DNA of 64,000 nucleotides from Acidimicrobiia bacterium (lineage in GTDB: Bacteria > Actinomycetota > Acidimicrobiia > Acidimicrobiales > VFJN01): contig SHVB01000006.1 in assembly GCA_009694375.1 (NCBI GenBank), positions 51,017-115,016 on the forward strand. Reading direction: 5' to 3'. Of this stretch, positions 1-11,894 are shown in pieces. Position 1 is the stretch's first letter. Each line of letters starts with the position of its first letter. The position numbers and the translations under genes are program-made. The notes under the pieces were generated by a model. The model made no database searches, was not told the DNA's origin, and was given only the letters and a program-made list of their open reading frames with translations.

Positions 1-29
1 CCAGGTCGCTGGCGCGGGCGGCGCTCCTT

Positions 30-1505
30 TTGAAGCGAGATCTTACGCTGGGCACCCTGGCGGACCGGCTGTCTGAGGTGCATGGCCATCGCGTGCTGGT
101 AACCGAAGCCGATGGGGCCGAGGCCCGCACCTATATCCAGGCTGCCGAGGCGGTGCGACGCTGGGCCGGGGGTATCGCCGAGCGCACCTCGCCGGGTGAT
201 GTGGTGGTGGTGGCCACCCCCAATGGGTACGAGCAAGTGTTGCTCTGTTGCGCCATTTCTCGGGCCGGGGCCATCCCATCGCCCATCAACGACCAGATGA
301 CCCCGGATGAGGTCGCCCACATCGTGCAGGATTCCGGCGCGGTGCTCGTAGTGCAGGCGGCCGCCGAGTTGGACGCGGCGGCGCCGATGGAGCGCCCTTA
401 CCCCTCGCGCTCCGAGGAGGTCGCGGCGTTGTTCTACACCTCGGGCACCACCGGCCAACCCAAGGGCGCCGCTCTCACCCATCGGGGGTTGGTGGGTCAG
501 TGGAGCACTGCGGCGGTGTGGCCCACGCGCCTGCATCGCGACGAAGCGGTGATTGCCTTGCCCGTGGCTCACATCATGGGGTTTGCGGTGCTGATCGGGT
601 TGGCCGTGGCCGGCATCCCTACCTACTTCCTGCCCACCTTCAACCCGTTGGTGGTGTTGCAGGCCATCGAGACCCGCCGGGCCACGATCTTCGTGGGCGT
701 ACCGGCGATGTACCGGATGCTGGAGGAGGCCGGGGCGGTGGAGCGCGATCTGACCAGCGTGCGCGTGTGGGCATCGGGTGCCGATGCGATGCCGCGCGAG
801 TTGGCCGAGCGCTTCCAGAAGATGGGGGCCACGGTCACCCTTCCGTTGCTGGGGGCCATCGGTCAGGCCACGTTCGCGGAGGGCTACGGGATGGTGGAGG
901 TAGGAGGCGGCGTGGCCGCCAAGGTGATGCCGCCGTATCTCCAACGGCTCTCGGGTTCGCTCGGCCATGCCCTTGGTTTCGCTCTGCCGGGGTACGAGCT
1001 GCGCATCGTCGATGAGGCCGGGGTGGCACAGCGCAGTGGTGCGGTGGGCGAACTGCAGGTGCGGGGGCCGGGTGTTCTTAAGGCCTACTGGGGCGACGAG
1101 GAGGCCACCGATGCGGTGATCACCGTCGACGGTTGGCTGCGTACCGGGGACCTGGCCCGTAAGGGCATCTTGGGACTCTTGGTGTTCGAGGGTCGGAGCA
1201 AGCACGTGATCAAGCGCGGCGGCTACAGCGTGTACGCCCTGGAGGTGGAGCAATCCTTGGAGCAGCACCCGGCGGTGCTCGAAGCGAGCGTGGTGGGCTT
1301 GCCCGATGAGCGACTCGGTGAGGTTCCGGTGGCGGCGGTTCGCCTGCGGGCCGGCAGCACGTTGCGCAAGGCCCGCCTCGAGGCCTATGCCGCCGAGCAC
1401 CTCGCCGAGTACAAACGGCCCACCCGTTATCTCGTGGTTGACGAACTTCCCCGTACCGGCACCCGCAAGGTGCAGAAGTCGGCCTTGTTGGCGCTGTTCG
1501 CTTAG
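30..1505 (+). CDS. AMP-dependent acyl-CoA synthetase/ligase (FadD-like)
   Basis: 491-aa ORF with AMP-binding signature FYTSGTTGQPKGA, GYGMVE, and C-terminal PRTGTRKVQK. TTG start taken from the ORF track. Confidence 0.85.
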   Translation: MKRDLTLGTLADRLSEVHGHRVLVTEADGAEARTYIQAAEAVRRWAGGIAERTSPGDVVVVATPNGYEQVLLCCAISRAGAIPSPINDQMTPDEVAHIVQDSGAVLVVQAAAELDAAAPMERPYPSRSEEVAALFYTSGTTGQPKGAALTHRGLVGQWSTAAVWPTRLHRDEAVIALPVAHIMGFAVLIGLAVAGIPTYFLPTFNPLVVLQAIETRRATIFVGVPAMYRMLEEAGAVERDLTSVRVWASGADAMPRELAERFQKMGATVTLPLLGAIGQATFAEGYGMVEVGGGVAAKVMPPYLQRLSGSLGHALGFALPGYELRIVDEAGVAQRSGAVGELQVRGPGVLKAYWGDEEATDAVITVDGWLRTGDLARKGILGLLVFEGRSKHVIKRGGYSVYALEVEQSLEQHPAVLEASVVGLPDERLGEVPVAAVRLRAGSTLRKARLEAYAAEHLAEYKRPTRYLVVDELPRTGTRKVQKSALLALFA

Positions 1506-2008
1506 CCCCTCTGCGGTGGGGCGGTGGTGGTGGTCAAGCCGTTCAGATTCACCAGCACCCGTCCATCTTCAACGGTGGTGGGGTATTGCCGCAGGCCCTT
1601 GCCCCCGAGGGGGTAGGTGATGGCCCGATCGCAGGCGTTCTCCAGGATCTTGGCGTCCCGGTCGATCTCGACGAGGCAACTGGGATCGTCGGGGTCGAAG
1701 GCCCCGAAGGCCACCCAGCCGGTGGCGGGATCGTCGCCGAGGTGGGTGACGAACAGGGGTCGGCCGCCGGTCACCAGATCGGCGTAGAGGAAGGGCAGGT
1801 TGTCGCTGTTGCTGATTTCTTCCGCCAGTCGCTCGCTCTGCCCGGCGTCGAAGCGTTCGTCGCCCAGTTGGATGCTCACATCGCCGCGACTGGCGGCCTG
1901 AGCCACGAGGAATGCCAGCGCGAGGGCCACGATCACGGCTACCCCGGCCACGAGCAGGGCCTTGCCCGCGTGGCCTTGACTTTGGGAGACGGGCATCAGC
2001 CGATGCAA
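1502..2008 (-). CDS. Hypothetical membrane-anchored protein
   Basis: 168-aa ORF with a single N-terminal hydrophobic helix (ALLVAGVAVIVALALAFLVAQAA) and normal-looking composition. No motif recognised. Its stop overlaps the convergent ligase stop. Confidence 0.5.
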   Translation of the reverse strand: MHRLMPVSQSQGHAGKALLVAGVAVIVALALAFLVAQAASRGDVSIQLGDERFDAGQSERLAEEISNSDNLPFLYADLVTGGRPLFVTHLGDDPATGWVAFGAFDPDDPSCLVEIDRDAKILENACDRAITYPLGGKGLRQYPTTVEDGRVLVNLNGLTTTTAPPQRG

Positions 2009-2096
2009 CTCGACTGGCAGGAGGTGATCGGCATCCCTCTAGTATCGACCGACTTGACGCCACGTCGGAAACCGAACGATCTGCCGGGAGCAGCGC

Positions 2097-3245
2097 ATGG
2101 ACCTCTACGAGTACCAGGGAAAGCAGTTTTTCGCGAGCTACGGGATTCCCGTTAGTCCCGGCGAGGCGGTGACCACGGTCGACGACGCGGTGGCGGCGGC
2201 CGAGAAGATCGGCTACCCGGTGGTGGTCAAAGCCCAGGTGCAGGTGGGGGGCCGGGGGAAAGCGGGGGGCATCAAACTCGCCCACGACGCGTCGGAGGTG
2301 CGTACCCACGCCGGGAACATCATTGGGATGGACATCAAGGGCCACACGGTGGAGATCGTGTGGGTCGAACTCGCCTCGGACATCGCCGAGGAGTACTACG
2401 CCAGTTTCACCCTCGACCGATCGGCCAAGCAGCACCTCGGCATGTTGTCGGCCCAGGGGGGAGTGGAGATCGAGGCCGTGGCGGAAACCGACCCCGATGC
2501 CATCGCCAAGATCTGGATCGACCCCGTGGATGGGCTCACCGTCGCCGCCGCCCGGGCGTGGGTGGAAGCCGCCCATCTCAACCCGGCCGCCACGGAGGGC
2601 ACCGTGGACATCCTCCGCAAGCTCTACGTGGCCTACACCGAAGGCGATGCCGACCTCGCGGAGATCAACCCGCTGATCCTCACGCCCACCGGCGAGGTAC
2701 ACGCCCTCGACGCCAAGGTCACCCTCGACGACAACTCGGTGTTCCGCCACCCGGAGTACGCGCCCTACACCGCGACCCAGGTGCGGGACGACCGAGAGCA
2801 AGCCGCCCACGACAAGGGATTGCAGTACGTCGGCCTCGACGGGTTCGTGGGCGTGATCGCCAACGGGGCCGGCCTGGCCATGTCTACCGTCGACATCGTG
2901 AATCAGGTGGGCGGTAAGCCGGCCAACTTCCTGGACATCGGCGGTGGCGCCAATGCCGACGTGATGGCCGGTGCCCTCGAGGTCATCACCAACGACCCCA
3001 ACGTGCGGTCGATCTTCATCAACATCTTCGGCGGAATCACCAAGGGCGATGAGGTGGCCAACGGCATTATCACCGCCATGGGGCGCGTGAAGATCACCGT
3101 GCCCATCGTGATCCGGCTCGACGGCACCAACGCCGACGAGGGCCGTGCCCTGCTCGAACCCCATCTGTCCGACATGCTGCAACTCAAGCCCACCATGGTG
3201 GAAGCCGCCGAAGCCGTCGTCGCCGCCGCCGGCGCCGGAAAGTAG
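2097..3245 (+). CDS. sucC: Succinyl-CoA synthetase beta subunit
   Basis: N-terminus MDLYEYQGKQFFASYGIPV and an ATP-grasp region (GYPVVVKAQVQVGGRGKAGGIKLA). Immediately followed by sucD. Confidence 0.95.
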   Translation: MDLYEYQGKQFFASYGIPVSPGEAVTTVDDAVAAAEKIGYPVVVKAQVQVGGRGKAGGIKLAHDASEVRTHAGNIIGMDIKGHTVEIVWVELASDIAEEYYASFTLDRSAKQHLGMLSAQGGVEIEAVAETDPDAIAKIWIDPVDGLTVAAARAWVEAAHLNPAATEGTVDILRKLYVAYTEGDADLAEINPLILTPTGEVHALDAKVTLDDNSVFRHPEYAPYTATQVRDDREQAAHDKGLQYVGLDGFVGVIANGAGLAMSTVDIVNQVGGKPANFLDIGGGANADVMAGALEVITNDPNVRSIFINIFGGITKGDEVANGIITAMGRVKITVPIVIRLDGTNADEGRALLEPHLSDMLQLKPTMVEAAEAVVAAAGAGK

Positions 3246-3255
3246 GAGATGATTC

Positions 3256-4152
3256 ATGGCTATTTTCGTAGATGACAAGACCAAGGTCGTGTACCAGGGC
3301 CTCACGGGGGCCCAGGGCAAGTTCTATGGCCTGCTGAACCGCCACTACGGCACCCAGGTGGTTGCGGGCACGAACCCGAAGAAGGCGGGCTCAGACGTTG
3401 AGGGCATCCCCGTGTACGCGTCGGTGGCCGAGGCGGTGGCGGCGACGGGGGCTACGGCGTCGTGCATCTTCATCCCGGCCCCGGGGGTCAAGGATGCCGT
3501 GATCGAGGCGGCCGAAGGGGGGGTGACGCTCATCGTGGCGATCACCGAGGGCGTACCGGCCCAGGATGAGGCCTGGTTCTTCAACAAACTGGCTCGGGAC
3601 TTCCCCGCGGTGCGGCTGCTCGGGCCCAACTGCCCCGGCATTATTAGTCCCGGTAAGGCCAACATCGGCATTACCGCTGGTCATATCGCCAAGGCCCCGG
3701 TGGAAGGGCGCCCCAACGTGGGCATCGTGAGCCGCTCGGGCACGCTCACCTACCAGGCCCTGTACGAGTTGAAACTGAACGACATCGGCGTCACCACCTG
3801 CGTGGGGATCGGGGGCGATCCCGTGCCGGGCACCAGTTTCATTGATTGCCTCGCGGCCTTCGAGGCCGATCCGGACACGAAAGCGGTGATGATGATCGGC
3901 GAGATCGGTGGTTCCGCGGAAGAAGAGGCCGCCGTCTTCATCGCCGACAAGATGACCAAGCCGGTGGTGTCCTACATCGCGGGGGTCACGGCTCCGCCGG
4001 GTAAGAAGATGGGCCATGCCGGGGCCATCGTGTCGGGGGGCAAGGGCACGGCGGCGGCCAAACAGGAAGCGCTCCTGGCGGCGGGCGTGCGCATCGGTCA
4101 GAACCCCACCGAGGCCGGTACGTTGATGGTCGAGGTCGTCCAGGATCTGTAG
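3256..4152 (+). CDS. sucD: Succinyl-CoA synthetase alpha subunit
   Basis: VVYQGLTGAQGKF, IVSRSGTLTYQ and the phosphohistidine loop MGHAGAIVSGGKGTA. An AGGAG RBS lies 8 nt upstream of the ATG. Confidence 0.95.
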   Translation: MAIFVDDKTKVVYQGLTGAQGKFYGLLNRHYGTQVVAGTNPKKAGSDVEGIPVYASVAEAVAATGATASCIFIPAPGVKDAVIEAAEGGVTLIVAITEGVPAQDEAWFFNKLARDFPAVRLLGPNCPGIISPGKANIGITAGHIAKAPVEGRPNVGIVSRSGTLTYQALYELKLNDIGVTTCVGIGGDPVPGTSFIDCLAAFEADPDTKAVMMIGEIGGSAEEEAAVFIADKMTKPVVSYIAGVTAPPGKKMGHAGAIVSGGKGTAAAKQEALLAAGVRIGQNPTEAGTLMVEVVQDL

Positions 4153-4195
4153 GCGAGTTGGTTGGCCTCGTTCCGGATGGGGGACGGGCGGACGC

Positions 4196-4227
4196 GGTGA
4201 GGCCCCGGCCGGAGCCGGGGCCTCACC
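4196..4227. terminator. Perfect 14-bp GC-rich hairpin between convergent genes (putative bidirectional terminator)
   Basis: GGTGAGGCCCCGGC-cgga-GCCGGGGCCTCACC read directly. It lies between the sucD stop (4152) and the stop of the minus-strand membrane-protein gene (4251). There is no clear U-tract. Confidence 0.55.
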
Positions 4228-4250
4228 ATGAGAACGGGGTCAGCGCTGGA

Positions 4251-4721
4251 TCAGAATGGGGCGTTGCCGGGCGGCGGCGGCGCCGCCGGGAGGGCGTCGT
4301 CACCCTCCTTGAGCTTCAGGAAGCCACCGGCCGCCAAGCCGAGCGCGGCCAGGGTGGCGAGGAAGAGTCCGAAGGCCCGCTTCACAAGCTCCGACGGATC
4401 CTCCCCGATGATTAGTTTGAGGACGACGAGCAGGGCCGCCAGGGTGCCCAGGCCAAGGAAGAACTGGCTCATGGGCACCGGGAGGGTGGGCATTTTCACG
4501 TCGAAGAGTTTCGTGGCGATGACCAAACCGGCCAGGACGAGGCCGATCAGCATCGGCAGGGTGGCCCAGAGGAAACCCACGTCGCTTCCGCTGGCGGTGA
4601 CGGAACCGGCTCCAGAAAATGGGAAGTCAACTTTGAACCAGGGCAGGAAGTAGGCGATGAATAAGACGATCCCCGACCCGGCGATCACCTTGTCACTGAC
4701 GGTAAGTTTGTTCAGGTCCAT
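4251..4721 (-). CDS. Hypothetical multi-pass membrane protein
   Basis: Trimmed from the 234-aa ORF to the internal ATG (MDLNKLTVSDKVIAGSGIVLFIAYFLPWF...). The upstream part is Arg/Ser/Thr-rich junk. About four hydrophobic segments and a Pro-rich tail. Confidence 0.55.
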   Translation of the reverse strand: MDLNKLTVSDKVIAGSGIVLFIAYFLPWFKVDFPFSGAGSVTASGSDVGFLWATLPMLIGLVLAGLVIATKLFDVKMPTLPVPMSQFFLGLGTLAALLVVLKLIIGEDPSELVKRAFGLFLATLAALGLAAGGFLKLKEGDDALPAAPPPPGNAPF

Positions 4722-4848
4722 TGGGTTCGCTTCCGTTAGGCAATGGGCTTCATCGGCAAGGGTAACCTTGTGTTTGGGGCGCTTTGTGGATGATCGGGCG
4801 CTCCGATTGTCTGGTGGGCCGACGGTGGGAGGCGAGTAGGTTCGCGAT

Positions 4849-5424
4849 GTGCGCATCGCCGTGTTGGCTTCCGGCAGTGGAACCCTCCTCCAATCGATCT
4901 TGTCGCAGGACATCCCGGTCGATCTCGTGGTGGTCGATCGCCCCTGCCCGGCCACGGAGGTAGCGGTGGCGGCCGGGGTGAGAGCCGAACTGCTGGAGCG
5001 GGCCAGTTACGGGACCCACTTCGACCGAGACGGCTACACCGCCGCGATGGTGGCGGTCCTGCGGGCCTACGAGGTGGAACTGGTGGTGATGGCGGGCTTC
5101 GGTACCGTCTTCGGTGAAGCCATCCACACGGCCTTTCCGTCCCGCATCCTCAACACCCATCCGGCCCTCCTGCCAAGTTTCAAGGGGTGGCATGGGGTGC
5201 GCGATGCTCTGGCCTACGGCGTGAAGGTCTCCGGCTGCACCATCCACGTGGCTACCCTGGCGGTAGATGCCGGTCCGATCCTCGCTCAAGAGGCCGTACC
5301 GGTGCTCCCCGGCGACAACGAAGCCGCCCTCCACGAGCGGATCAAGGCCGTGGAACGTCGCCTCTATCCCCAGACCATCCGGGCGGTCCTCTCCGACCCC
5401 TCCCTCCTCCAGAAAGCGATGTGA
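4849..5424 (+). CDS. purN: Phosphoribosylglycinamide formyltransferase
   Basis: MRIAVLASGSGTLLQSIL, NTHPALLPSFKG, GCTIHVAT..VDAGPILAQEAVPV. GTG start. Followed by purH after 7 nt. Confidence 0.9.
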   Translation: MRIAVLASGSGTLLQSILSQDIPVDLVVVDRPCPATEVAVAAGVRAELLERASYGTHFDRDGYTAAMVAVLRAYEVELVVMAGFGTVFGEAIHTAFPSRILNTHPALLPSFKGWHGVRDALAYGVKVSGCTIHVATLAVDAGPILAQEAVPVLPGDNEAALHERIKAVERRLYPQTIRAVLSDPSLLQKAM

Positions 5425-5431
5425 ACGCGCC

Positions 5432-6970
5432 ATGCGCGCCCTGCTCTCCGTGTACGACAAATCCGGCATCGTCGAACTCGCCCGCGACCTTCGCGGCATG
5501 GGCTGGGACCTGATCTCCAGCGGCGGAACCGCCCAGGCCCTGCGCGACGCCGACCTCGCCGTCACCGACGTGGCCGATCTCACCGGCTTCCCCGCGATCC
5601 TGGGGCACCGGGTGGTAACGCTGCACCCGAAAGTGCACGGCGGGATCCTGGCGGACCGGCGCAACCCCGATCACCAAAGCGACATGTCCACCTACGGCAT
5701 CGATCCAATCGACCTCGTGGTGTCCAATCTCTACCCCTTCGGAGCCGACACGTCGTCGTTCGAGCACGGTGCCACCCGGGCCGAAGAGCTCATCGACATC
5801 GGTGGCCCCGCCATGATCCGCGCCGCCGCTAAGAACTTCAAGGACGTGGGCATCCTGACGCAGCCGTCGGACTATCAGCGGGTGGTGGACGAACTGCGGG
5901 CCGGTGGGGTGCTCACCGACGACACGAAGCGGGCGCTGGCCCGCAAGGCTTTTGCCCATACTGCTGCCTATGACGCCTCGATCGTGGAGTGGTTCGACGA
6001 GGTATCCGGCGTTCCCCTCCCGCCCACCTTGCATCTCGCCCTGGAGCGGGTGCAGGACCTGCGCTATGGCGAGAACCCTCATCAGACCGGCGCCCGCTAT
6101 CGCGAGATGGGCTCCACGTCGTGGTGGGATGACGTGAAGCAGCACGGTGGCTTGGCGCTGAGCTACCTCAACTTGTTCGATGCCGATGCCGCCTGGGGAC
6201 TCGCCAATGACCTCGCCGCCACCTTCGGCCAGCCCGCAGTGGCCATCATCAAGCACGCCAACCCGTGTGGGGCCGCCATTGCTCCGAGTTTGGCTGCGGC
6301 CTACCAGAGGGCCTTCGAGTGCGACGAGCGCTCGGCCTTCGGGGGGATCGTGGCCTTGTCGCATCCGGTGGACGACGCCACCGTGGCGCGCATGGTGGCC
6401 GCCGCCCAGGCCGACGTGGTGATTGCGCCGGGCTACGGCCCGGGAGTGATCGAGGCGCTCACCGCCAAGCGCAAGAACACGCGCTTGCTCACCGCCGCTC
6501 CGCCCCGGCCCGATACCCATCAGATTCGCCAGCTCACCGGCTCCTGGCTGGTGCAGGACGCCCATCACTTTGCCGCCCCCCGAGCCAACTGGTCGGTGGT
6601 CACCCAGCGCCAACCCACCGACGCGCAGTGGGCCGATGCCGAGTTGGCCTGGCGCCTGGTGGGATGGGTGAAGAGCAATTCGATCGTGCTGGTGAAAGAC
6701 GGCGTGGCCTGGGGCATCGGCGCGGGGCAGCAGAACCGCGTCGAGGCCGGGGAGATCGCCGCCACCAAAGCCGCCCACCGGGCGGCCGGGGGTGCGTGTG
6801 CGAGCGACGCCTTCTACCCCTTCCCCGATGGCATCGAGGCCGCCGCGGCGGCGGGCGTGGCCGTGGTGATCCAACCGGGTGGTTCAGTAAAAGACGATGC
6901 CACCATCGCCAAAGCCGACGAACTCGGCCTGGCGATGGTCTTTACCGGCGAGCGCCACTTCCTGCACTAG
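5432..6970 (+). CDS. purH: Bifunctional AICAR transformylase / IMP cyclohydrolase
   Basis: Trimmed to the ATG giving [20 protein letters not shown]. Motifs [34 protein letters not shown] and C-terminal TGERHFLH. Confidence 0.95.
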   Translation: MRALLSVYDKSGIVELARDLRGMGWDLISSGGTAQALRDADLAVTDVADLTGFPAILGHRVVTLHPKVHGGILADRRNPDHQSDMSTYGIDPIDLVVSNLYPFGADTSSFEHGATRAEELIDIGGPAMIRAAAKNFKDVGILTQPSDYQRVVDELRAGGVLTDDTKRALARKAFAHTAAYDASIVEWFDEVSGVPLPPTLHLALERVQDLRYGENPHQTGARYREMGSTSWWDDVKQHGGLALSYLNLFDADAAWGLANDLAATFGQPAVAIIKHANPCGAAIAPSLAAAYQRAFECDERSAFGGIVALSHPVDDATVARMVAAAQADVVIAPGYGPGVIEALTAKRKNTRLLTAAPPRPDTHQIRQLTGSWLVQDAHHFAAPRANWSVVTQRQPTDAQWADAELAWRLVGWVKSNSIVLVKDGVAWGIGAGQQNRVEAGEIAATKAAHRAAGGACASDAFYPFPDGIEAAAAAGVAVVIQPGGSVKDDATIAKADELGLAMVFTGERHFLH

Positions 6971-7006
6971 GAGGCGGTCGGGGTAGGGGTCCCCGCCGCG
7001 CCTAGC

Positions 7007-7879
7007 GTGGGCCGCATGAGCGCTGTGATGATGCCGGGAGCACCGGTGGCTGAGGCGGTATTCACCAACCTGGCCCCCCGCATCGCCGCGTTGGTCGCGG
7101 CGGGCCACCCAGTGGGGCTGGGCACGATCCTCATTGGCTCCGACGGTGCCTCGGCGGGCTACATCCGCATGAAGCAGGAGCGGGCCACCTCTCTCGGTAT
7201 GACCGCACCGCATGTGCATCTCGGCGACGATGCCACCCAGGCGGAGGTACTCGACGCCATTGGGGAGATGAACAACGACGATGCCGTGATGGGTCTGCTG
7301 CTGCAATACCCCACCCCGGCGCAGATAGATTTTGACGCCGCCTTGCTGGCCATCGACCCCGCCAAGGATGTCGATGGGCTCCATCCCCTCAACGTGGGAC
7401 GACTGGCGTTGGGAATGCCTGGTCCGGTGTCGTGCACCCCGGCCGGTATCGAGGCGCTGCTGGCCCACTACAACATCCCGGTATCGGGTCGGGGCGTATG
7501 CATCCTTGGTCGGGGCACCACCCTCGGTCGTCCGCTGGCGCTGCTGTTGTCACAAAAGCGGGCCACCGCCAACGCCGCCGTCACCGTGGTGCACACCGGT
7601 GTGCCCGACTGGCCGGAGTACACCAAGCGAGCCGACATCGTGATCGCCGCCGCCGGCGTGCCGGGCATCCTGCGCCCGGAACACCTCACTCCCGGCGTGG
7701 TGGTGGTGGGCGGCGGCGTGCGCTACGAGGGGCGCACCCTTCTGCCCGATGTCGACGAGGCCTGTGAGGACGTGGCCGGGTGGATCACCCCCCGCCTGGG
7801 TGGAGTGGGACCCACCACCATCGCCATGCTCTTCCGCAACCTCGTCGAGGCCGCTGAGCGCCGAGCGGCGCGTGACTGA
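7007..7879 (+). CDS. folD: Methylenetetrahydrofolate dehydrogenase/cyclohydrolase
   Basis: LGTILIGSDGASAGYIRMKQ, DVDGLHPLNVGRL, CTPAGIEALL, ILGRGTTLGRPLALLL, GGVGPTTIAMLFRN. The start is ambiguous (GTG 7007 or nearby ATGs). Confidence 0.9.
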   Translation: MGRMSAVMMPGAPVAEAVFTNLAPRIAALVAAGHPVGLGTILIGSDGASAGYIRMKQERATSLGMTAPHVHLGDDATQAEVLDAIGEMNNDDAVMGLLLQYPTPAQIDFDAALLAIDPAKDVDGLHPLNVGRLALGMPGPVSCTPAGIEALLAHYNIPVSGRGVCILGRGTTLGRPLALLLSQKRATANAAVTVVHTGVPDWPEYTKRADIVIAAAGVPGILRPEHLTPGVVVVGGGVRYEGRTLLPDVDEACEDVAGWITPRLGGVGPTTIAMLFRNLVEAAERRAARD

Positions 7880-7914
7880 GACGGCGGGTTGGCTCGCCGA
7901 CACGCGCTCCGCTC

Positions 7915-8619
7915 TTGGTAGCAGTCGTGCCGGCCGATGACGGGAGCGCGCTAGTGGCGGGCTCCCTCACCGAGCTCCCGCCCATCGACATCGCCGGTCA
8001 CGAGCCGACGACCCGTGGCAACGTCGAGCACCCGATGCGGATCATGACGCGGCGGGCGGCTGGCCTGCACCCGGGTGGGTGGGACGACGCCGCCCGCGCC
8101 GAGGTGGCGGCGTTCTTCGACGGGCTGGCCCCCGAGTGGCACTTCCGTACCTCGCCCCAACGCCATGCGGTCGTCACCGACGCGCTGACCCGGGGGTTGC
8201 CGAGGGATCTCGGCGGGGCGGACGTGTGCGTGGAACTGGGCAGCGGCATCGGGGCCTACACACCGCGGCTGGCGGAGCATTGGCCGCGGGTGCTGGCGGT
8301 GGAGGTCGCCCTCGAGATGCTGCGGCTCGCCCCTGCCGGGCCCGGCCATCGCCTGCTGGCCGACGGCGCGCACCTCCCGCTGGCCGACGGCGTCGCCAGC
8401 GCCGTCGTGCTGGTCAACTGCTTCTTGTTCCCCCACGAGGTCGACCGGGTGCTGGCCCCCGACGGCATCCTCGTGTGGGTCAACAGCAGTGGCGACGAGA
8501 CCCCCATCCACCTGCCGCCGGAGGACGTCGTGGCGGCCATGCCTGGTGGATGGACCGGTGTGCAGAGCAGCGCCGGCGCAGGGATCTGGTCGGTCGTCCG
8601 TCGCCACCGCAACCCGTGA
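7915..8619 (+). CDS. Class I SAM-dependent methyltransferase (substrate unknown)
   Basis: Motif I-like VCVELGSGIGAYTPRLA and post-I/II LADGAHLPLADGVASAVVLVNCFLF. The TTG start at 7915 is uncertain, and ATG 8035 (MRIMTRR...) is an alternative. Confidence 0.6.
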   Translation: MVAVVPADDGSALVAGSLTELPPIDIAGHEPTTRGNVEHPMRIMTRRAAGLHPGGWDDAARAEVAAFFDGLAPEWHFRTSPQRHAVVTDALTRGLPRDLGGADVCVELGSGIGAYTPRLAEHWPRVLAVEVALEMLRLAPAGPGHRLLADGAHLPLADGVASAVVLVNCFLFPHEVDRVLAPDGILVWVNSSGDETPIHLPPEDVVAAMPGGWTGVQSSAGAGIWSVVRRHRNP

Positions 8620-8683
8620 AAGGCACCAACGGGCCGATCGGACCTGGCCCGACGTCGGGCCCTGGGCGTAGCGTGGTCAACCC

Positions 8684-9541
8684 ATGACGCGCATCGCCGA
8701 CCTCCTCGCCGCCGGGCCGACGCTGTCTTTCGAGTTGTTCCCACCCAAGACCGATGAAGCCGAGCGGTTGTTAGCGCAGGCAGTGGTGGAGTTGGCCGAG
8801 CTCCGCCCGTCGTTCGTGTCGGTCACCTACGGCGCCCTCGGCAGCACCCGGGAGCGCACGCGCGATCTCGTGACGGCGATCAACGACGATCAGGTGTTCC
8901 CGGCGATGCCCCACCTCACCTGCGTGGGGCACAGCCGAGCCGACATCGCGGAGTTGCTGGACCACTACGCCCATCATGGGGTCGAGAACATCCTGGCGCT
9001 CGGCGGGGATCCGCCCGCCGATGGTTCGGAGGCCGGCGGCGACTACGCCCACGCGTCGGAACTGGTGGATCAGGTGCGGGAACACCCGGCGGGCTTCTGC
9101 GTGGCGGTGGCGGCCCATCCTGAGGTGCACCCTCGCTCGCCGGATCGGCCCAGCGATCGTCGGTACCTCGCCGCCAAGCTGCAGCAGGCCGACTTCGCCA
9201 TGACCCAATTTTTCTTCTCGGTCGACGATTACCTGCGGTTGGTCGACGACGTGGCCGAGTTGGGTTGCGATCGGCCGATCCTGCCGGGGGTCATGCCGGT
9301 GGCCAACGTGAAGGGTCTGATCCGCATGGCCGGTATGAACGCCACTGACATTCCGGCTCCACTGCTCGAACGTCTTCTGGCGGTGGAGGATCAGCCGGAG
9401 GAGGTCCGCAAGATTGGGGTCGAGGTGGCCAGTGAGTTGGGGGCGGTGCTGCTGGCCGCCGGGGCCCCCGGGCTGCATCTGTACGCGCTGAACCGCAGCG
9501 AGTCCGTGCGCGAGATCCACGCCAACCTGGCCCGGGGCTAA
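8684..9541 (+). CDS. metF: Methylenetetrahydrofolate reductase
   Basis: LSFELFPPKTDEAE, FVSVTYGALGSTRERT, PHLTCVGHS, NILALGGDPP, LHLYALNRS. Confidence 0.9.
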   Translation: MTRIADLLAAGPTLSFELFPPKTDEAERLLAQAVVELAELRPSFVSVTYGALGSTRERTRDLVTAINDDQVFPAMPHLTCVGHSRADIAELLDHYAHHGVENILALGGDPPADGSEAGGDYAHASELVDQVREHPAGFCVAVAAHPEVHPRSPDRPSDRRYLAAKLQQADFAMTQFFFSVDDYLRLVDDVAELGCDRPILPGVMPVANVKGLIRMAGMNATDIPAPLLERLLAVEDQPEEVRKIGVEVASELGAVLLAAGAPGLHLYALNRSESVREIHANLARG

Positions 9542-9568
9542 CCCTCGGCCCCGTCACGGGTGGCGGAA

Positions 9569-11794
<2,226 letters not shown>

Positions 11795-11894
11795 TAGCGG
11801 CGAGGATACCCACCTGGGGCGGCGGTGCTCGCGGCCGCGCGGTCCGCTCGGTAGCCTGACCTCGCTGTCACACCCCCTTCCTAGGGTCCTTGGT

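Noticed and set aside
1502-1505. Convergent genes sharing or overlapping stop codons (ligase/hypothetical here; dedA/sdhB at 21742-21745)
   Set aside because: The overlaps are real, but this is a common consequence of gene packing in compact high-GC genomes and not evidence of regulation.
1569-3320. 583-aa minus-strand ORF spanning the sucC region
   Set aside because: It is antisense to the unambiguous sucC gene. Its translation is Arg/Gly/His/Pro-rich low-complexity sequence typical of shadow ORFs in high-GC DNA.
4722-4848. Possible ZTP (pfl) riboswitch upstream of purN-purH
   Set aside because: The context is right for a ZTP riboswitch. However, I could not find the conserved ACUGGCG or CCGCCUGGGC-type elements, only a loose ...CGGGCGC...CTGGTGGGC. 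A covariance-model scan (Rfam RF01750) would settle it.
5342-6874. 510-aa minus-strand ORF opposite purH
   Set aside because: It is antisense to a strongly recognisable purH, has junk-like composition (G/R/H/P-rich) and carries no motif.
8620-8683. SAM or other riboswitch upstream of metF
   Set aside because: The intergenic space is only 64 nt and has no recognisable conserved core, so it is too short for known SAM riboswitch classes.
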